A DNA stretch of 64,000 nucleotides, from positions 433 to 64,432 of the forward strand of contig NZ_JAUYGV010000008.1 of the NCBI RefSeq assembly GCF_030690345.1. The letters are read 5' to 3'. Position numbers and translations under genes: made by a program. A model generated the notes under the pieces. It made no database searches. It worked only from the letters and a program-made list of their open reading frames with translations, and was not told where the DNA came from. This DNA is from Rheinheimera sp. (lineage in GTDB: Bacteria; Pseudomonadota; Gammaproteobacteria; Enterobacterales; Alteromonadaceae). Positions within the stretch are counted from its first letter, which is position 1. Each line of letters starts with the position of its first letter. Below are positions 1-11,707 of this stretch, one piece after another.

Positions 1-359
1 TCATGCGCAATGTGAGTGGTATTCATAAACAGGTTATGGCTACCGATAATGGTTTTACCCTGGTCCTGCACCGTACCACGGTGCACTGAGCAGCCTTCAC
101 GAAATACGTTGTAGTCGCCAACAATAAGTTGGGTAGCTTCACCTTTATACTTTTTATCCTGGCACGACTCACCGATACTGGCGAACTGGAAAAAGTGGTT
201 ACCTTTACCAATAATACTGGGGCCTTTAATCGCCACATGCGATTCCAAAACACAGTCATCACCAATGACCACGTCATGGCCAATGTAGCAAAACGGCCCG
301 ACTTTAACGTTCTTACCCAGTTTGGCACTGGCTTCAATTACTGCAGATGGATGGATCAC
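1..359 (-). CDS. lpxA: UDP-N-acetylglucosamine O-acyltransferase LpxA, N-terminal ~119 codons (3' end runs off the window start)
   Basis: Not listed in the ORF track (GTG start at 359..357). My minus-strand translation reads (V/M)[63 protein letters not shown]..., a hexapeptide-repeat LpxA N-terminus. It lies directly downstream of fabZ as in the E. coli lpxD-fabZ-lpxA order. Confidence 0.88.
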   Translation of the reverse strand, partial: MIHPSAVIEASAKLGKNVKVGPFCYIGHDVVIGDDCVLESHVAIKGPSIIGKGNHFFQFASIGESCQDKKYKGEATQLIVGDYNVFREGCSVHRGTVQDQGKTIIGSHNLFMNTTHIAH

Positions 360-360
360 G

Positions 361-813
361 TTATAGCTCTCTTCTGGCACACATCAGCTCAGCCGAGCAG
401 ACAATTTGGCCTTCAACCTTAGCTTCGCCGTAAAACTTCCACATGTTGCGGCGTTCTTTTAAAAATTTAACTTCGAGGATCATGGTATCACCGGGTACCA
501 CCGGCTTTTTAAAGCGGGCATCGTCTATAGCGGCGAATAAGTACAGCTCATTTTCAGAGCGTTCAGTTACCGTTTTAAAACCCAGAATACCGGTAGCCTG
601 CGCCAGAGCTTCAAGAATTAATACACCGGGAAAAATAGGCATGCCCGGAAAATGACCGGTAAAAATGGGCTCATTAATAGTGACATTTTTAAGCGCCGTC
701 AGACTTTCACCCGGAGTGAAATCCAATACACGGTCAATCAGTAAAAACGGATAGCGGTGTGGTAGTAACGCCATAATCTCCTGCACCTGGAGACTATTAA
801 GTTGGTTAGCCAA
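361..813 (-). CDS. fabZ: 3-hydroxyacyl-ACP dehydratase FabZ
   Basis: 150-aa ORF with [13 protein letters not shown]...[28 protein letters not shown] hot-dog dehydratase motifs. Sits between lpxD and lpxA. Confidence 0.97.
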   Translation of the reverse strand: MANQLNSLQVQEIMALLPHRYPFLLIDRVLDFTPGESLTALKNVTINEPIFTGHFPGMPIFPGVLILEALAQATGILGFKTVTERSENELYLFAAIDDARFKKPVVPGDTMILEVKFLKERRNMWKFYGEAKVEGQIVCSAELMCARREL

Positions 814-827
814 GGTTGTTCCTCTGT

Positions 828-1880
828 TTAGTGATCAGCACCAGTTGCAGTTTGCATACCGGCCAGCTGTTGTTCCAGCTGCTTCACCCGCTGATAAAGT
901 TGGTCTATCTGACGTAACTTAGCGGTATTTTTACGCCATTCTAAATTGCTGACAGCGGGAATACCGGAAGAGTATACGCCTTTTTCGGTGATGGGTTTCA
1001 TCACCATGGCCATACCGGAAATATGCGCACCATCACATATTTCAATATGGCCGTTAATTACTACAGCACCGCCAATAATACAATAACGGCCAATACGGGT
1101 ACTACCGGCAACAACCGTAGCACCGGCCATCGCAGTATGATCACCGATGCGCACATTGTGAGCAATTTGGCACAGGTTATCGATGATTACATTGTTGCCT
1201 ATTACTGTATTATCTATCGCTCCACGATCGATGGTGGTATTGGCGCCAATTTCGCAATAAGCACCAATAATTACCGCGCCGGTCTGTGGGATCTTAAGCC
1301 AATTGCCCCGCTCATTAGCAAAACCAAAGCCATCAGACCCTATCACAGCACCACTATGTACTATAGTATTGCTGCCAATTTTAACGCCATGATATACCGA
1401 AACATTAGGCCAAAGCCGCACATTATCACCAAGCACAACCTGCTCGCCAACAAAACAACCGGCACCAACCTGAACATTTTCACCAATAGTTGCACCGGCG
1501 GCGACAACAGCATTCGGGCCTATAGCAGCCGATGCCGCAACGTCGGCAGTCGGGTCAATACTGGCAGAAGGATGAACGCCATCCGCAGCTGCAGGAGTCG
1601 AATCCAACAACTGCGCTACCCTGGCAAAAGCTACATATGGATCTTTGACCACTAAAGCATTTACGCCAGGTGGCATAAAAGGCACATCATCAATTTTTAC
1701 CAGCACAGCTGCAGCCTTGGTCTCAGTCAAATACTTGCGGTACTTGCTGTTAGACAAAAAACTGATTTGGCTGTCACCACCATGCTCCAATGTCGCAGTA
1801 GCTGTGATATTGCATTTTGCATCGCCAATTAACTGAGCATCTAAGTGCTCAGCTAATTCTGCCAGACAGTAACTGCGCAT
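828..1880 (-). CDS. lpxD: UDP-3-O-(3-hydroxyacyl)glucosamine N-acyltransferase LpxD
   Basis: 350-aa ORF with an N-terminal LpxD-like domain ([15 protein letters not shown]...[13 protein letters not shown]) followed by a long left-handed beta-helix of hexapeptide repeats. Synteny skp-lpxD-fabZ. Confidence 0.95.
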   Translation of the reverse strand: MRSYCLAELAEHLDAQLIGDAKCNITATATLEHGGDSQISFLSNSKYRKYLTETKAAAVLVKIDDVPFMPPGVNALVVKDPYVAFARVAQLLDSTPAAADGVHPSASIDPTADVAASAAIGPNAVVAAGATIGENVQVGAGCFVGEQVVLGDNVRLWPNVSVYHGVKIGSNTIVHSGAVIGSDGFGFANERGNWLKIPQTGAVIIGAYCEIGANTTIDRGAIDNTVIGNNVIIDNLCQIAHNVRIGDHTAMAGATVVAGSTRIGRYCIIGGAVVINGHIEICDGAHISGMAMVMKPITEKGVYSSGIPAVSNLEWRKNTAKLRQIDQLYQRVKQLEQQLAGMQTATGADH

Positions 1881-2398
1881 TACTTAGCTTTACCTACCTG
1901 AGCAGCAACTGCCTCAGAAATATCATATTCCGGCTTGGCATACACTGCTGCACCAGAGTTTAATACCATATCGAATTTTTCGCGCTCTGCTACCACATCA
2001 ATAGCCGTTTTGATTAAGGCCAAAACTTTATTGCGCTCTTCAGCCTGGCGGTTACGGATTTCTTCGTCCAATGGCCGGGCTAATTGCTCGTATTGCTGAC
2101 GCTGATTTGTCACAGCCGTTTTTAATTCTTCCTGCTGTTTTTCGCTCATGGTCGGGCCATCGCGACGCAGCTTTTCAATATTAAAAGTAATGTCTTTTTC
2201 CAGCTTACCTACAGCCTCAATACGCTGCGCAAACTCATTTTTAATCGTTTCCTGCATAGCGGCAGACTGTGGAATCTTTGCCGCTACAGCTTGCACATCA
2301 ACAAAGGCAATTTTCATCTCTTTTGCCGCTACGTTGCCAGCTAACATTAAACCGGCCATCAGTACCAAAGCGGATTTTACTACACGTGTATTCAACAT
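1880..2398 (-). CDS. skp: periplasmic chaperone Skp (OmpH family)
   Basis: 172-aa ORF with a signal peptide and a Lys/Glu/Gln-rich coiled body. Lies between bamA and lpxD; its stop overlaps the lpxD start by 1 nt. Confidence 0.85.
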   Translation of the reverse strand: MLNTRVVKSALVLMAGLMLAGNVAAKEMKIAFVDVQAVAAKIPQSAAMQETIKNEFAQRIEAVGKLEKDITFNIEKLRRDGPTMSEKQQEELKTAVTNQRQQYEQLARPLDEEIRNRQAEERNKVLALIKTAIDVVAEREKFDMVLNSGAAVYAKPEYDISEAVAAQVGKAK

Positions 2399-2422
2399 CT
2401 TTTATTCCCTATTTTTTCTGTT

Positions 2423-4912
2423 CTAGAAAGTTGTACCAATATTAAAACTGAAGTTTTCCTGTAAATCACCTTCATACTTTTTGATGATTTTGGCCAAACT
2501 AAAGGTTAGCGGGCCCATCGGCGAGATCCATTGTAAAGATACACCAGCCGTAGCGCGAATCAAACCAGGATCTGAATAATCCTGTAACGCTGGCTCCCCC
2601 TGAAAGCTCGGGACCTGGATCAACGCCGCATAGCGGTTAAGATCAAACTCGGAGTCCCAAACGTTGCCGGCGTCAACAAACAAACTGGTGCGCACGGAAT
2701 TGCGATACTCATCACTTAAAAACGGTGTTGGCGTGATCAGCTCCAGTGTCAATATACCCATAGCATTACCACCAATAGAACGCGGCGAGACAGAATAAGT
2801 GTCATTTTCCGGGCCACTGGGGAACGGTACACTACCGGTATTTGGGTCAGGCAGCCCTGGTACGGATTGAGCCCGGCGGAAGATCGCATGCGGCCCAATA
2901 ATACGGCTTTCAAAGCCGCGGATATTCTGGCCACCGGCATAGAAGTTTTCAGTAAATGGTAGGGTGTAATCATAACCATTTTTTGAGCCATAACCATTAC
3001 CGTAGCCCAGTTCCAGCTTAGACAGGAATGACCAGGCATGATCGTTGCTGAGCGGAATATAATTACGCCCTTCAAAGGTAGTCTTAAAGTAAGTTAAATC
3101 AGAATTTGGTGTAGTAGCCTTTAAACTCAGTCCTAAATAATGCCCCGCCGTTGGGAACAGACCGCGGTTTAGCGTGCTGCGCACCCATGATGCCGACAAC
3201 TCATAGTTAGTAAAGTTATAACCACCATCCGGGTTTTGCGCGTCCAGCAACACGGCACGGAAATGCCGTAATTGATCATACTCATTAATTGAATTGATCT
3301 TGTTAACAATGTAGTTCGCACCGAAGTTTAGCCGATTGTACTCATTTATCGGATAACCGATATTGGCACCAAAGCCATAGCGTTGCTGATTATAGGCCTC
3401 AAGGTTGGATGAAGCACTACTGTAATCCACATCGGAGTAAAACACCTGGCCACCGAGGCTGACACCATCAAGGGTGAAATATGGATCGGTATAAGTAGCA
3501 CTTATTGATTTCTGATATTTATTGGTGTTCAGGCTAATACCGGCGCTGTTACCGGTACCAAAAAAGTTTTCCTGTTGCACCCCAACCTGGAACGACAAGC
3601 CCATATAATTGCCGTAGGAAATACCGGCGTTAAAACTACCAGACGGCTGCTCTTTAATATTAAAACCTATGTCGACCAGATCGTCGACACCTGCCACCGG
3701 TGTAGTGGCAAAATCTACGCTCTCAATATACGGCAAACGCTGAATCCGCTCTTTAGACAGCTCCAGCGCATCATTAGACAACCAGGCGCCTTCCATTTGT
3801 CGCAACTCACGGCGCAACACTTCATCGCGGGTATTGCTGTTACCACTCATATCGATGCGGCGCACATATACGCGCTTGCCCGGATCAACGCTAATGGTTA
3901 GCTCAACCTGGTTAGTATCATCATTAATTTGCGGAATAGTGCGTACTTTAGAATTGGCATAGCCAAAGCGGGCTAATAACTTGGCTATGCTCTCTTCGGT
4001 ATAGGTAACCAAAGCACCATTATATAATTCACCGTCTTTTAGCGGCATAATCTTGCGGATAAATTCATCCTGGCCAATCAAATCGCCAACAAACTTAACA
4101 CCACTGATGGTGTACTTTTCACCTTCAGTGACGTTTAACGTTACATAAACAGATTCTTTGTCCGGACTTACCGATACCTGCGACGAGTCGATATTAAAGC
4201 GAAGATAGCCACGGTCTAAATAATGGCTGTTAATTTTTTCTATATCACCCTGCAGGGTTTGCTTTTGATAGCGGTCGGAAGACATAAAACGCCACCAGGG
4301 TAAATCTTGTTTAGACTCGACATCTTGCAACAGCTCTTCATCAGAGAACAGCTGATTACCCACCACGTTTATCTGCCTGATAGAGGCTGCATCGCCTTCT
4401 TCAAAGTTAATTTTCAGATTTACGCGATTACGCGGCAGGTAAGTCACTTCAATTTCTACTTCAGCCTGATATTTACCCACACCGTGATAAAACTCAGTTA
4501 AGCCGTTTTCAATGCTTTGCAGAATAGTTTTGTCCAGCGGTTCGCCCACTTCAACACGGTTGCCGGCTAAACTTTCATTAAGCTGCTCTTCTTTAATATC
4601 TTTATTGCCATCAAACTCTATCGTATTAATGGTCGGGCGTTCGCGTAAACGGTAAATAACCGTATTGCCATCACGATATACTTTGATGTCGTCAAAATGA
4701 CCGGCCGCATAAAGTGTGCGGATACTACGGGATAAATTGTACTCCGTTACCGTGTCGCCAACATTAAAGGGTAAATTGTTCAACGCCGCGCCCAGCGCAA
4801 CGCGTTGCAGGCCTTCAACCTGAATATCCTGAACCGTAAATGATTCTTCAGCGAGCAGCGGGTTACTGGCAGAGGCAAGTAACATCGCAGCTACTAATCG
4901 TTTAATTGTCAT
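2423..4912 (-). CDS. bamA: outer membrane protein assembly factor BamA
   Basis: 829-aa ORF with a signal peptide, POTRA repeats (FTVQDIQVEGLQRV..., IRQINVVGNQLFSDEEL...) and a C-terminal Omp85 barrel ending in ...NFSFNIGTTF. Synteny rseP-bamA-skp. Confidence 0.97.
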   Translation of the reverse strand: MTIKRLVAAMLLASASNPLLAEESFTVQDIQVEGLQRVALGAALNNLPFNVGDTVTEYNLSRSIRTLYAAGHFDDIKVYRDGNTVIYRLRERPTINTIEFDGNKDIKEEQLNESLAGNRVEVGEPLDKTILQSIENGLTEFYHGVGKYQAEVEIEVTYLPRNRVNLKINFEEGDAASIRQINVVGNQLFSDEELLQDVESKQDLPWWRFMSSDRYQKQTLQGDIEKINSHYLDRGYLRFNIDSSQVSVSPDKESVYVTLNVTEGEKYTISGVKFVGDLIGQDEFIRKIMPLKDGELYNGALVTYTEESIAKLLARFGYANSKVRTIPQINDDTNQVELTISVDPGKRVYVRRIDMSGNSNTRDEVLRRELRQMEGAWLSNDALELSKERIQRLPYIESVDFATTPVAGVDDLVDIGFNIKEQPSGSFNAGISYGNYMGLSFQVGVQQENFFGTGNSAGISLNTNKYQKSISATYTDPYFTLDGVSLGGQVFYSDVDYSSASSNLEAYNQQRYGFGANIGYPINEYNRLNFGANYIVNKINSINEYDQLRHFRAVLLDAQNPDGGYNFTNYELSASWVRSTLNRGLFPTAGHYLGLSLKATTPNSDLTYFKTTFEGRNYIPLSNDHAWSFLSKLELGYGNGYGSKNGYDYTLPFTENFYAGGQNIRGFESRIIGPHAIFRRAQSVPGLPDPNTGSVPFPSGPENDTYSVSPRSIGGNAMGILTLELITPTPFLSDEYRNSVRTSLFVDAGNVWDSEFDLNRYAALIQVPSFQGEPALQDYSDPGLIRATAGVSLQWISPMGPLTFSLAKIIKKYEGDLQENFSFNIGTTF

Positions 4913-4938
4913 TATTTGAACTACTTATGATTAGTTAT

Positions 4939-6294
4939 TTACAAACGAGAAATATCGTTGAGCAGCGCAATTCCCATTAACGTCAGCAGGATTAACGCTC
5001 CGAACCGGAAACCTATTTCCTGCGTCTTTTCAGAGACAGGTTTGCCACGTATTAGTTCCAGCAGCATGTACATTAAGTGCCCGCCATCCAGTACCGGTAA
5101 CGGCAGCAAATTGATGACGGCTAAGTTAACACTTATCAGCGCCAAAAACGATAAAAATGCCACCAAACCTATACTGGCAGTAGTGCCCGCGCCTTGGGCG
5201 ATAGAAATGGGGCCGCTTAAATGCTTAACGGATACATCACCGGTTACCAGCTTACCAATCATCGCCAGGCTAAGCCGGGTCAACTGCCAGGTATGCGCCA
5301 CACCAGCACCTACCGCATCCAGCACACCATAGCGTTGGGTATACAATACGCCAGCCGGCCAATCACTGACTTTAGGTGTAACACCCAATATACCCTGCGA
5401 AAAACCATCTTCGGTTATTGATAATGCCGGCGTTACCGTTAGCGTTAATTCATTACCTCCCCGCAACAACAGCAGCGTTAAAGGCTGCTCAGCAGCATTA
5501 ACAATAATCCCCTGCAGTTGCGGCCAATCGCGGATCACCACATCATCTATCTGCAAAATTTTATCATTTGCCTGCAACCCTGCAGCCTGTGCCGCTGAGC
5601 CTTCGGCTACTGTAGCGATTTCGGTTAATGCTGTTGGCCGCGCTAAGTGCAGTCCCAAGCTGTCAAACACATTCTGTGTTTCAGGGTCAAATTGCCAATT
5701 ACGGGTATCCAACTGCACGCTACGCTGTTGCTGAGTTGCCAGGTCTTGCAAGCCCAGCGTTATGCTGTCACTGCCGATTTGCTCCACCAACAATAAATTA
5801 ACGCTGCTGGCATCGGTAGCGGGGCGTTGATTTACTGACACGATTTGCTGTTGCGCACCGATACCGGCCTGCGCCGCTATAGATTGCGGCGCCACATCAG
5901 CAATTATCGGCCGCATAGTTTGCACGCCCAATATATACATCAGCCATAAAGCAAACACAGCGAAGATAAAGTTTGCTGCCGGGCCGGCGGCAATAATTGC
6001 CATCCGCTGCCACACGGTTTTGTGGTTAAACGCCAGGTCTTTAAACTGCGGCAACACGGGGTCGATCCGTTCATCCAGCATCCGCACATAACCGCCCAAC
6101 GGAATAGCGGCAATAACAAACTCCGTACCCTGTTTATCGCGCCAGCGCAGCAGTGCTTTACCAAAACCAATAGAAAAGCGCTTTACCAATACGCCGTTTT
6201 TACGGGCGACCCAAAAATGGCCGAACTCATGCACCGTGATCAGTACACCCAGGGCGACAATAAATGACAACAAATTCCAAATCGCACCAGACAT
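4939..6294 (-). CDS. rseP: sigma-E regulatory site-2 protease RseP (zinc metalloprotease)
   Basis: 451-aa ORF with the HEFGHFWVAR HExxH motif in TM1, PDZ-like central region and a C-terminal LPLPVLDGGH motif. Confidence 0.95.
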   Translation of the reverse strand: MSGAIWNLLSFIVALGVLITVHEFGHFWVARKNGVLVKRFSIGFGKALLRWRDKQGTEFVIAAIPLGGYVRMLDERIDPVLPQFKDLAFNHKTVWQRMAIIAAGPAANFIFAVFALWLMYILGVQTMRPIIADVAPQSIAAQAGIGAQQQIVSVNQRPATDASSVNLLLVEQIGSDSITLGLQDLATQQQRSVQLDTRNWQFDPETQNVFDSLGLHLARPTALTEIATVAEGSAAQAAGLQANDKILQIDDVVIRDWPQLQGIIVNAAEQPLTLLLLRGGNELTLTVTPALSITEDGFSQGILGVTPKVSDWPAGVLYTQRYGVLDAVGAGVAHTWQLTRLSLAMIGKLVTGDVSVKHLSGPISIAQGAGTTASIGLVAFLSFLALISVNLAVINLLPLPVLDGGHLMYMLLELIRGKPVSEKTQEIGFRFGALILLTLMGIALLNDISRL

Positions 6295-7487
6295 TAACTT
6301 AGTTTCCTTAGCTGTAACCGCGCATGCTCACGTGCCTGCTGATCCAGCGCCAATATATCATCCAGCGTGCTGACACGAAAGCCGGCAAATTGCTCCAGAC
6401 TGTGCGCATTCACAGCAGCAATGTCGGTAAAGCGGATTTGCTGCTGCAAAAAGGCCTCTACAGCAATTTCATTGGCAGCATTAAGCGCCGTCGTCGCGCC
6501 CTGACCGTGTTGGCATGCCTGCATGGCGAGGTATAAGTTCGGATAGCGCTCAGGTTGTGGCTCAGTAAAAGTAAAATCACGCATCTGTTTAAAACTTAAC
6601 GGCGCCACGGGACTGGCGATACGCTTTGGAAACGCCAGGGCATGCGCGATAGGCGTACGCATATCCGGCTGACCTAACTGCGCCAGCACAGAGCCATCGG
6701 TGTATTGCACCATAGAATGAATAATACTTTGCGGATGGATCACCACCTCAATATCGGCAGCCTGGCAGTTAAATAACCAACGCGCCTCAATAAACTCCAG
6801 GCCTTTGTTCATCATCGTCGCGCTGTCAACAGAGATCTTATGCCCCATACTCCAGTTCGGGTGCGCCACGGCCTGAGCCGGCGTAATAGCAGCAAAGTCT
6901 GCTAAAGGTAACGTCAGAAAAGGCCCGCCACTGCCGGTCAGTAATAATTTACTGATACCAAAATCAGTGATTTGTTGATCATGGGTATGCTGCTGTAACG
7001 CCGCAGGTAAACACTGGAATATCGCATTGTGCTCGCTGTCTATCGGCAACAACGTAGCACCGTGGCGCTTCACTTTGTTGAGAAACAACTCACCACTCAT
7101 CACCAGCGCTTCTTTATTGGCCAGCAGTATGGTTTTACCCTGCTCTACTGCCGCCAGGGTGGGCAACAAACCGGCAGAGCCGACGATAGCGGCCATCACA
7201 ATATCAGCGTCCGGGTGCGCGGCCAACTGGCACAAACCGTCAATGCCGGCTAACACTTCTGTGCGGCTACCGGCTTGTTTTAGCGCTGCTGCCAACTCTT
7301 TAGCCGCACTGTGGTCCAGCATAGCGGCAAAGCGCGGTTGATACTGCAAACACTGCTGTAACAGCTTATCGCTTTGCGTGGCAGCTGTTAGTGCCAAGAC
7401 CTGGTAATCCTGCGGATGCGCTGCCAGTACCGATAAGGTACTGACGCCGATAGAACCGGTGGAACCGAGGATAACCACATGACGCAT
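6294..7487 (-). CDS. dxr: 1-deoxy-D-xylulose 5-phosphate reductoisomerase
   Basis: 397-aa ORF with [18 protein letters not shown]-binding N-terminus and the [19 protein letters not shown] and HPNWSMG motifs. Confidence 0.97.
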   Translation of the reverse strand: MRHVVILGSTGSIGVSTLSVLAAHPQDYQVLALTAATQSDKLLQQCLQYQPRFAAMLDHSAAKELAAALKQAGSRTEVLAGIDGLCQLAAHPDADIVMAAIVGSAGLLPTLAAVEQGKTILLANKEALVMSGELFLNKVKRHGATLLPIDSEHNAIFQCLPAALQQHTHDQQITDFGISKLLLTGSGGPFLTLPLADFAAITPAQAVAHPNWSMGHKISVDSATMMNKGLEFIEARWLFNCQAADIEVVIHPQSIIHSMVQYTDGSVLAQLGQPDMRTPIAHALAFPKRIASPVAPLSFKQMRDFTFTEPQPERYPNLYLAMQACQHGQGATTALNAANEIAVEAFLQQQIRFTDIAAVNAHSLEQFAGFRVSTLDDILALDQQAREHARLQLRKLS

Positions 7488-8350
7488 CAGTAAAAACCAC
7501 CAAAAATTGCCAGAATAATGGCAAACAGCGGCGCCGTCGCCGTTAAGCTGTCAATGCGATCTAAAATACCACCGTGGCCCGGCAAAAAGGCGCCACTGTC
7601 TTTTTTACCCGCCACGCGTTTCAGCATGCTTTCGGTCAGATCACCAAACACTGATAACACGGTAAGCAAGAAAGCAGCGATATACCACACTGTAGTTTGT
7701 GCCGGCCAGTCCTGCAGTGCCGCAACCACGGTAACCACTATGCCAACAAACAACAAGCCGCCAAGCATACCTTCTATTGTTTTACCAGGGCTGACTTTAG
7801 GCAGCAATTTATGCTTGCCAAACGGCTTGCCGACAATATAACCGCCAATATCCGCCGCCCATACCAGGCCAAGCAGACAGCAAATTAACCAGGCTCCGGT
7901 AAAGTTTGATGCCGCATAATCCGTTGAACGGATAAATAATACCGCAGCCCAGGCCGGTATCAGCGTTAGCCAGCCCATCAGGGCTTTGCGCCAATCACTG
8001 CCAGCCCACAATCTTTGGCTACGCGGGTAAGTAAGTACTAACACTATTGCCAGCAACCACCAGGCCACACCGGCCAATAATAAGCTGCTGAGCAACACAT
8101 TGGTTTCAACCGGCCAACTGGCCTGCACCGGCAGTTGCCAGTACAGCAGCGCCAGAATAGTCGCCGTAAGGCCAACATAAACCCATCGCATCGCTTTGGT
8201 TGCTAAACCACAAAAACCACTCCACTCCCAGGCACCAAGCAAAAAAGCGGCTGAGATGAACAGTGCAAAACCGGCCAGCGGTAAATAAAATACGGCCATT
8301 AAAGCCAGTGGCGCTAATATCAGCGCGGTAATTACGCGTTGTTTAAACAA
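7487..8350 (-). CDS. cdsA: phosphatidate cytidylyltransferase CdsA
   Basis: 287-aa polytopic membrane ORF with the C-terminal CTP-transferase signature [28 protein letters not shown]. Synteny uppS-cdsA-dxr region. Confidence 0.93.
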   Translation of the reverse strand: MFKQRVITALILAPLALMAVFYLPLAGFALFISAAFLLGAWEWSGFCGLATKAMRWVYVGLTATILALLYWQLPVQASWPVETNVLLSSLLLAGVAWWLLAIVLVLTYPRSQRLWAGSDWRKALMGWLTLIPAWAAVLFIRSTDYAASNFTGAWLICCLLGLVWAADIGGYIVGKPFGKHKLLPKVSPGKTIEGMLGGLLFVGIVVTVVAALQDWPAQTTVWYIAAFLLTVLSVFGDLTESMLKRVAGKKDSGAFLPGHGGILDRIDSLTATAPLFAIILAIFGGFY

Positions 8351-8355
8351 TCTCG

Positions 8356-9120
8356 TTATCCTTTACCCAGCGTTGCCAACTGCCGGATTTGTTCTCCGGT
8401 ACAGCCAAAACGACGCTCACGGTTAACAAAGGCGGCTATCGCTTCTGAGAACACCTGTTGATCAAAGTCAGGCCACAGGGTGTCTGTAAACCAAAGCTCG
8501 GCATAAGCAGCCTGCCATAGTAGAAAATTGCTGATGCGTACATCGCCACCGGTGCGGATCAATAAATCCAATTCCGGCTGTTCTGACATCTGTACCTGTG
8601 CAGCAAAAGTATGTTCGTTAATATCCGCCACAGTCAGCTCACCGTTTTGTACCTGAGTGGCCAAACAACGGGCAGCATTCACCATGTCCCAGCGGCCGCC
8701 GTAGTTAGCGGCAATATTCAGTGTCATGGCAGTGTTAGCCGCGGTCAACTGTTCGGCTTTGGCAATATTTGCTTTTAATTTATCACTGAAAGCCGATAAA
8801 TCACCGACAATTTTTAACCTGACATTGTGCTTATGCAGTGTTTTCACTTCGCTTTGCAACACCATCAGAAACAGCTGCATCAAGGTTGACACTTCTTCTT
8901 CCGGCCGGCGCCAGTTTTCGCTGCTAAAGGCAAACAATGTCAGCGAACTAATCCCCAGCTCACGGCAGAAACTGACGCTGCGGCGCACCGCTTCTACGCC
9001 CTTTTTATGGCCCCACACCCGCGGTTTACCTTGCCGCTGTGCCCAACGACCGTTGCCATCCATGATAATTGCCACATGCTGTGGCAAGCTTTGCGGCTTG
9101 AGCTGCGAGTCTGCAGTCAT
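8356..9120 (-). CDS. uppS: ditrans,polycis-undecaprenyl-diphosphate synthase UppS
   Basis: 254-aa ORF with the HVAIIMDGNGRWA, FAFSSENWRRP and IRTGG..RISNFLLWQAAYAEL motifs. Confidence 0.96.
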   Translation of the reverse strand: MTADSQLKPQSLPQHVAIIMDGNGRWAQRQGKPRVWGHKKGVEAVRRSVSFCRELGISSLTLFAFSSENWRRPEEEVSTLMQLFLMVLQSEVKTLHKHNVRLKIVGDLSAFSDKLKANIAKAEQLTAANTAMTLNIAANYGGRWDMVNAARCLATQVQNGELTVADINEHTFAAQVQMSEQPELDLLIRTGGDVRISNFLLWQAAYAELWFTDTLWPDFDQQVFSEAIAAFVNRERRFGCTGEQIRQLATLGKG

Positions 9121-9251
9121 AACGTGCGACCTGTCCTTAACTTGTAATACCCATCAGTCTGCTGCTGATGTCAGATAAAACTATTACCGGATAGAAAAAA
9201 GCGCCGTAATGCCAAAGCGTCACGACGCTGTAATGTTAACAGAAGGCCAAA

Positions 9252-9809
9252 TCAGACTTCCATTAGTTCCTTTTCTTTCTCTGCCAACACGTCATCAATT
9301 TTCTTCACGAAAGTGTCGGTAATTTTCTGGATCTCATCCGCTGCACGGCGCTCGTCATCTTCACTGATTTCTTTATCTTTTTGCAGTGTTTTTAAATCAG
9401 CATTGGCATCACGACGGATATTACGCACGGCAACACGGCCGTTCTCGGCTTCAGCACGTACCAGTTTCACCAGGCTTTTACGCCGCTCTTCGGTCAACGC
9501 CGGCAAAGGTACACGAATAATGGTGCCGGCAGACATCGGGTTTAAGCCCAGGTCAGACGCCATAATGGCTTTCTCTACCGCGGCTGTCATGCTTTTGTCG
9601 AATACGGTAATAGCAAGGGTGCGGGCATCATCGATTGACACGTTAGCCACCTGGCGCAGCGGTGTATCCGTGCCGTAGTAAGACACGGAAATGCCATCCA
9701 ATAAGCTTGGGTGCGCGCGGCCGGTGCGCACTTTAGTTAATTGTACTTTAAGCGCATCAACGCTTTTTTCCATCCGTACTTTACTGTCTGTAATAATGTC
9801 GTTAATCAC
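9252..9809 (-). CDS. frr: ribosome recycling factor
   Basis: The ORF-track frame is 9252..9848. I prefer the in-frame GTG at 9809 ((V/M)[19 protein letters not shown]..., 185 aa, typical Frr length), which has an AAGGA Shine-Dalgarno ~9 nt upstream. Confidence 0.93.
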   Translation of the reverse strand: MINDIITDSKVRMEKSVDALKVQLTKVRTGRAHPSLLDGISVSYYGTDTPLRQVANVSIDDARTLAITVFDKSMTAAVEKAIMASDLGLNPMSAGTIIRVPLPALTEERRKSLVKLVRAEAENGRVAVRNIRRDANADLKTLQKDKEISEDDERRAADEIQKITDTFVKKIDDVLAEKEKELMEV

Positions 9810-9868
9810 GATCGGTATCCTTGTTTGTTCATGGCGTCGATTCAGCACGCCTTACTCAGCGCTCTAGT

Positions 9869-10609
9869 TTACTGTAAATTTTCGGCGTGGTCGATGACCG
9901 TGCCTTCCGGCTCGCCCATAATCACCCGTTTCAGCGCGCCGGCAGTATTCATATTAAACACACGAATTTGCAAATTATGGTCCCGCGCCAGCGTAAAGGC
10001 TGCTAAATCCATCACTTTAAGCTCTTTATCCAGCACTTCGTTATATGTCAGTTGGCTGTAAAGGGTAGCAGTAGGGTCTTTTACCGGGTCGGCCGAGAAC
10101 ACACCGTCAACCTTAGTTGCTTTTAGTACGGCGTCGGCTTCAATTTCAATGCCGCGCAAACAGGCAGCAGAGTCGGTAGTAAAGAACGGGTTACCGGTAC
10201 CGGCAGAGAAAATGACCACCCGGCCCGATTTTAACAAGCTGATGGCCTCGGCCCAGCTGTAATTGTCACAGACACCATTTAACGGAATAGCACTCATCAT
10301 CCGCGCGTTCACGTAGGCGCGGTGCAATGCATCACGCATCGCCAGACCATTCATTACCGTCGCCAGCATCCCCATGTGGTCACCCACTACGCGGTTCATC
10401 CCGGCTTTGGCCAGGCCTTCACCACGGAAGATATTACCGCCGCCGATCACTATGCCAACCTGTACGCCTAATTCGACCAGCTCTTTTATTTCCTGCGCCA
10501 TCCGGTCCAGCACTTTGGGGTCAATACCAAAGCCCTCATCGCCCATCAGTGCTTCGCCACTGAGTTTTAATAAGATCCTGCGGTAAGTTGGTTTTGGATT
10601 CGTGCTCAT
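9869..10609 (-). CDS. pyrH: UMP kinase PyrH
   Basis: 246-aa ORF nearly colinear with E. coli PyrH ([13 protein letters not shown]...GGGNIFRG...[17 protein letters not shown]...). Confidence 0.97.
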   Translation of the reverse strand: MSTNPKPTYRRILLKLSGEALMGDEGFGIDPKVLDRMAQEIKELVELGVQVGIVIGGGNIFRGEGLAKAGMNRVVGDHMGMLATVMNGLAMRDALHRAYVNARMMSAIPLNGVCDNYSWAEAISLLKSGRVVIFSAGTGNPFFTTDSAACLRGIEIEADAVLKATKVDGVFSADPVKDPTATLYSQLTYNEVLDKELKVMDLAAFTLARDHNLQIRVFNMNTAGALKRVIMGEPEGTVIDHAENLQ

Positions 10610-10650
10610 GAGATCCCCATAGTGCGTGGTTAATTAGGATTATTGCGGGT

Positions 10651-10692
10651 AAAAAAAACCGCGGCCAGGTTGTTAGACCTGAAGCCGCGGTT
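10651..10692 (-). terminator. intrinsic terminator downstream of tsf
   Basis: On the minus strand, AACCGCGGC...GCCGCGGTT forms a 9-bp GC-rich stem followed by a run of 8 T. Confidence 0.75.
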
Positions 10693-10728
10693 ATTCTAGC
10701 GGGTTTTGCCGTCAGGCAGAAGAATAAA

Positions 10729-11601
10729 TTACTTCTTCGCTGCCGCGATTTGGGCTGCAACTTCAGCCGCAAAGTCTTCTTCTTTCTTCTCGATACCTTC
10801 GCCTACTTCCAGACGAATGAAAGAAACAGCTTTAGCACTGTTTTGCTTCAGGAAGTCACCAACAGAAACTGATGGATCTTTCACGAACGGCTGACCGGTT
10901 AAGCTTACTTCACCGGTGAACTTGCTCATACGGCCGGCAACCATTTTCTCAGCGATTTCCTGTGGCTTACCAGAGTTAACCGCGATGTCGATTTGGATAA
11001 CGCGCTCACGCTCTACTACATCAGCCGGTACGTCGCCAGGTGTTAAGAAACCCGGGTTGTTCGCTGCAACATGCATTGCTACGTCTTTAGCGATATCTTC
11101 GTTACCGCCTTCCAGCACGGCCAATACACCTATACGGCCAGAATGCACGTAAGAACCAATTACGCCGCCTTCAACTACTGCTGCACGGCGTACGTTGATG
11201 TTTTCACCAATTTTGGCTACTAAAGTCGCGCGGGTATCTTCAACTGAAGTACCGTTTAAATCAGCAGCTAAAATCGCTTCAGCAGTGAACAGCTTGTTAG
11301 CGTGCGCTAAGTCGGCAACTGCGTTAGCAAAAGCCAGGAAGCTGGCATCACGTGCTACGAAGTCTGTTTCACAGTTAAACTCGATAGCTAAACCGTAACC
11401 GTTAGCTACGCGGGTTAAAATAGTACCTTCAGCGGCAATACGGCCTGCTTTCTTGGCAGCTTTGGCCAAACCACTTTTACGCATCGCGTCGATTGCAGCT
11501 TCGATATCGCCTGCAGTTTCTTCCAATGCTTTTTTACAATCCATCATGCCAGCGCCAGTGCGCTCGCGAAGTTCTTTTACTAAAGCGGCAGTTACAGCCA
11601 T
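10729..11601 (-). CDS. tsf: translation elongation factor Ts
   Basis: 290-aa ORF with the [25 protein letters not shown]-like N-terminus. Classic rpsB-tsf pair. Confidence 0.97.
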   Translation of the reverse strand: MAVTAALVKELRERTGAGMMDCKKALEETAGDIEAAIDAMRKSGLAKAAKKAGRIAAEGTILTRVANGYGLAIEFNCETDFVARDASFLAFANAVADLAHANKLFTAEAILAADLNGTSVEDTRATLVAKIGENINVRRAAVVEGGVIGSYVHSGRIGVLAVLEGGNEDIAKDVAMHVAANNPGFLTPGDVPADVVERERVIQIDIAVNSGKPQEIAEKMVAGRMSKFTGEVSLTGQPFVKDPSVSVGDFLKQNSAKAVSFIRLEVGEGIEKKEEDFAAEVAAQIAAAKK

Positions 11602-11707
11602 GGGAGCTTCCTCGTATTAATTCGGGTTGGACAAACAGGGGCCGGGGCCCCTGTCGCAATTTGGCACTGTGTTAGCGCAAGCTTAGCCTGCGCTAATGAC
11701 AGAGAAA

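Noticed and set aside
1023-1655. 210-aa plus-strand ORF inside lpxD, and similar long antisense ORFs such as 3575..3901, 7027..7341, 8726..9178, 23117..23557, 29483..30391, 48434..48880 and 51681..52154
   Set aside because: These are shadow ORFs on the opposite strand of confidently identified conserved genes. Their translations are low-complexity or biased (Thr/Asn/Ile or Arg/Ser-rich) with no motifs.
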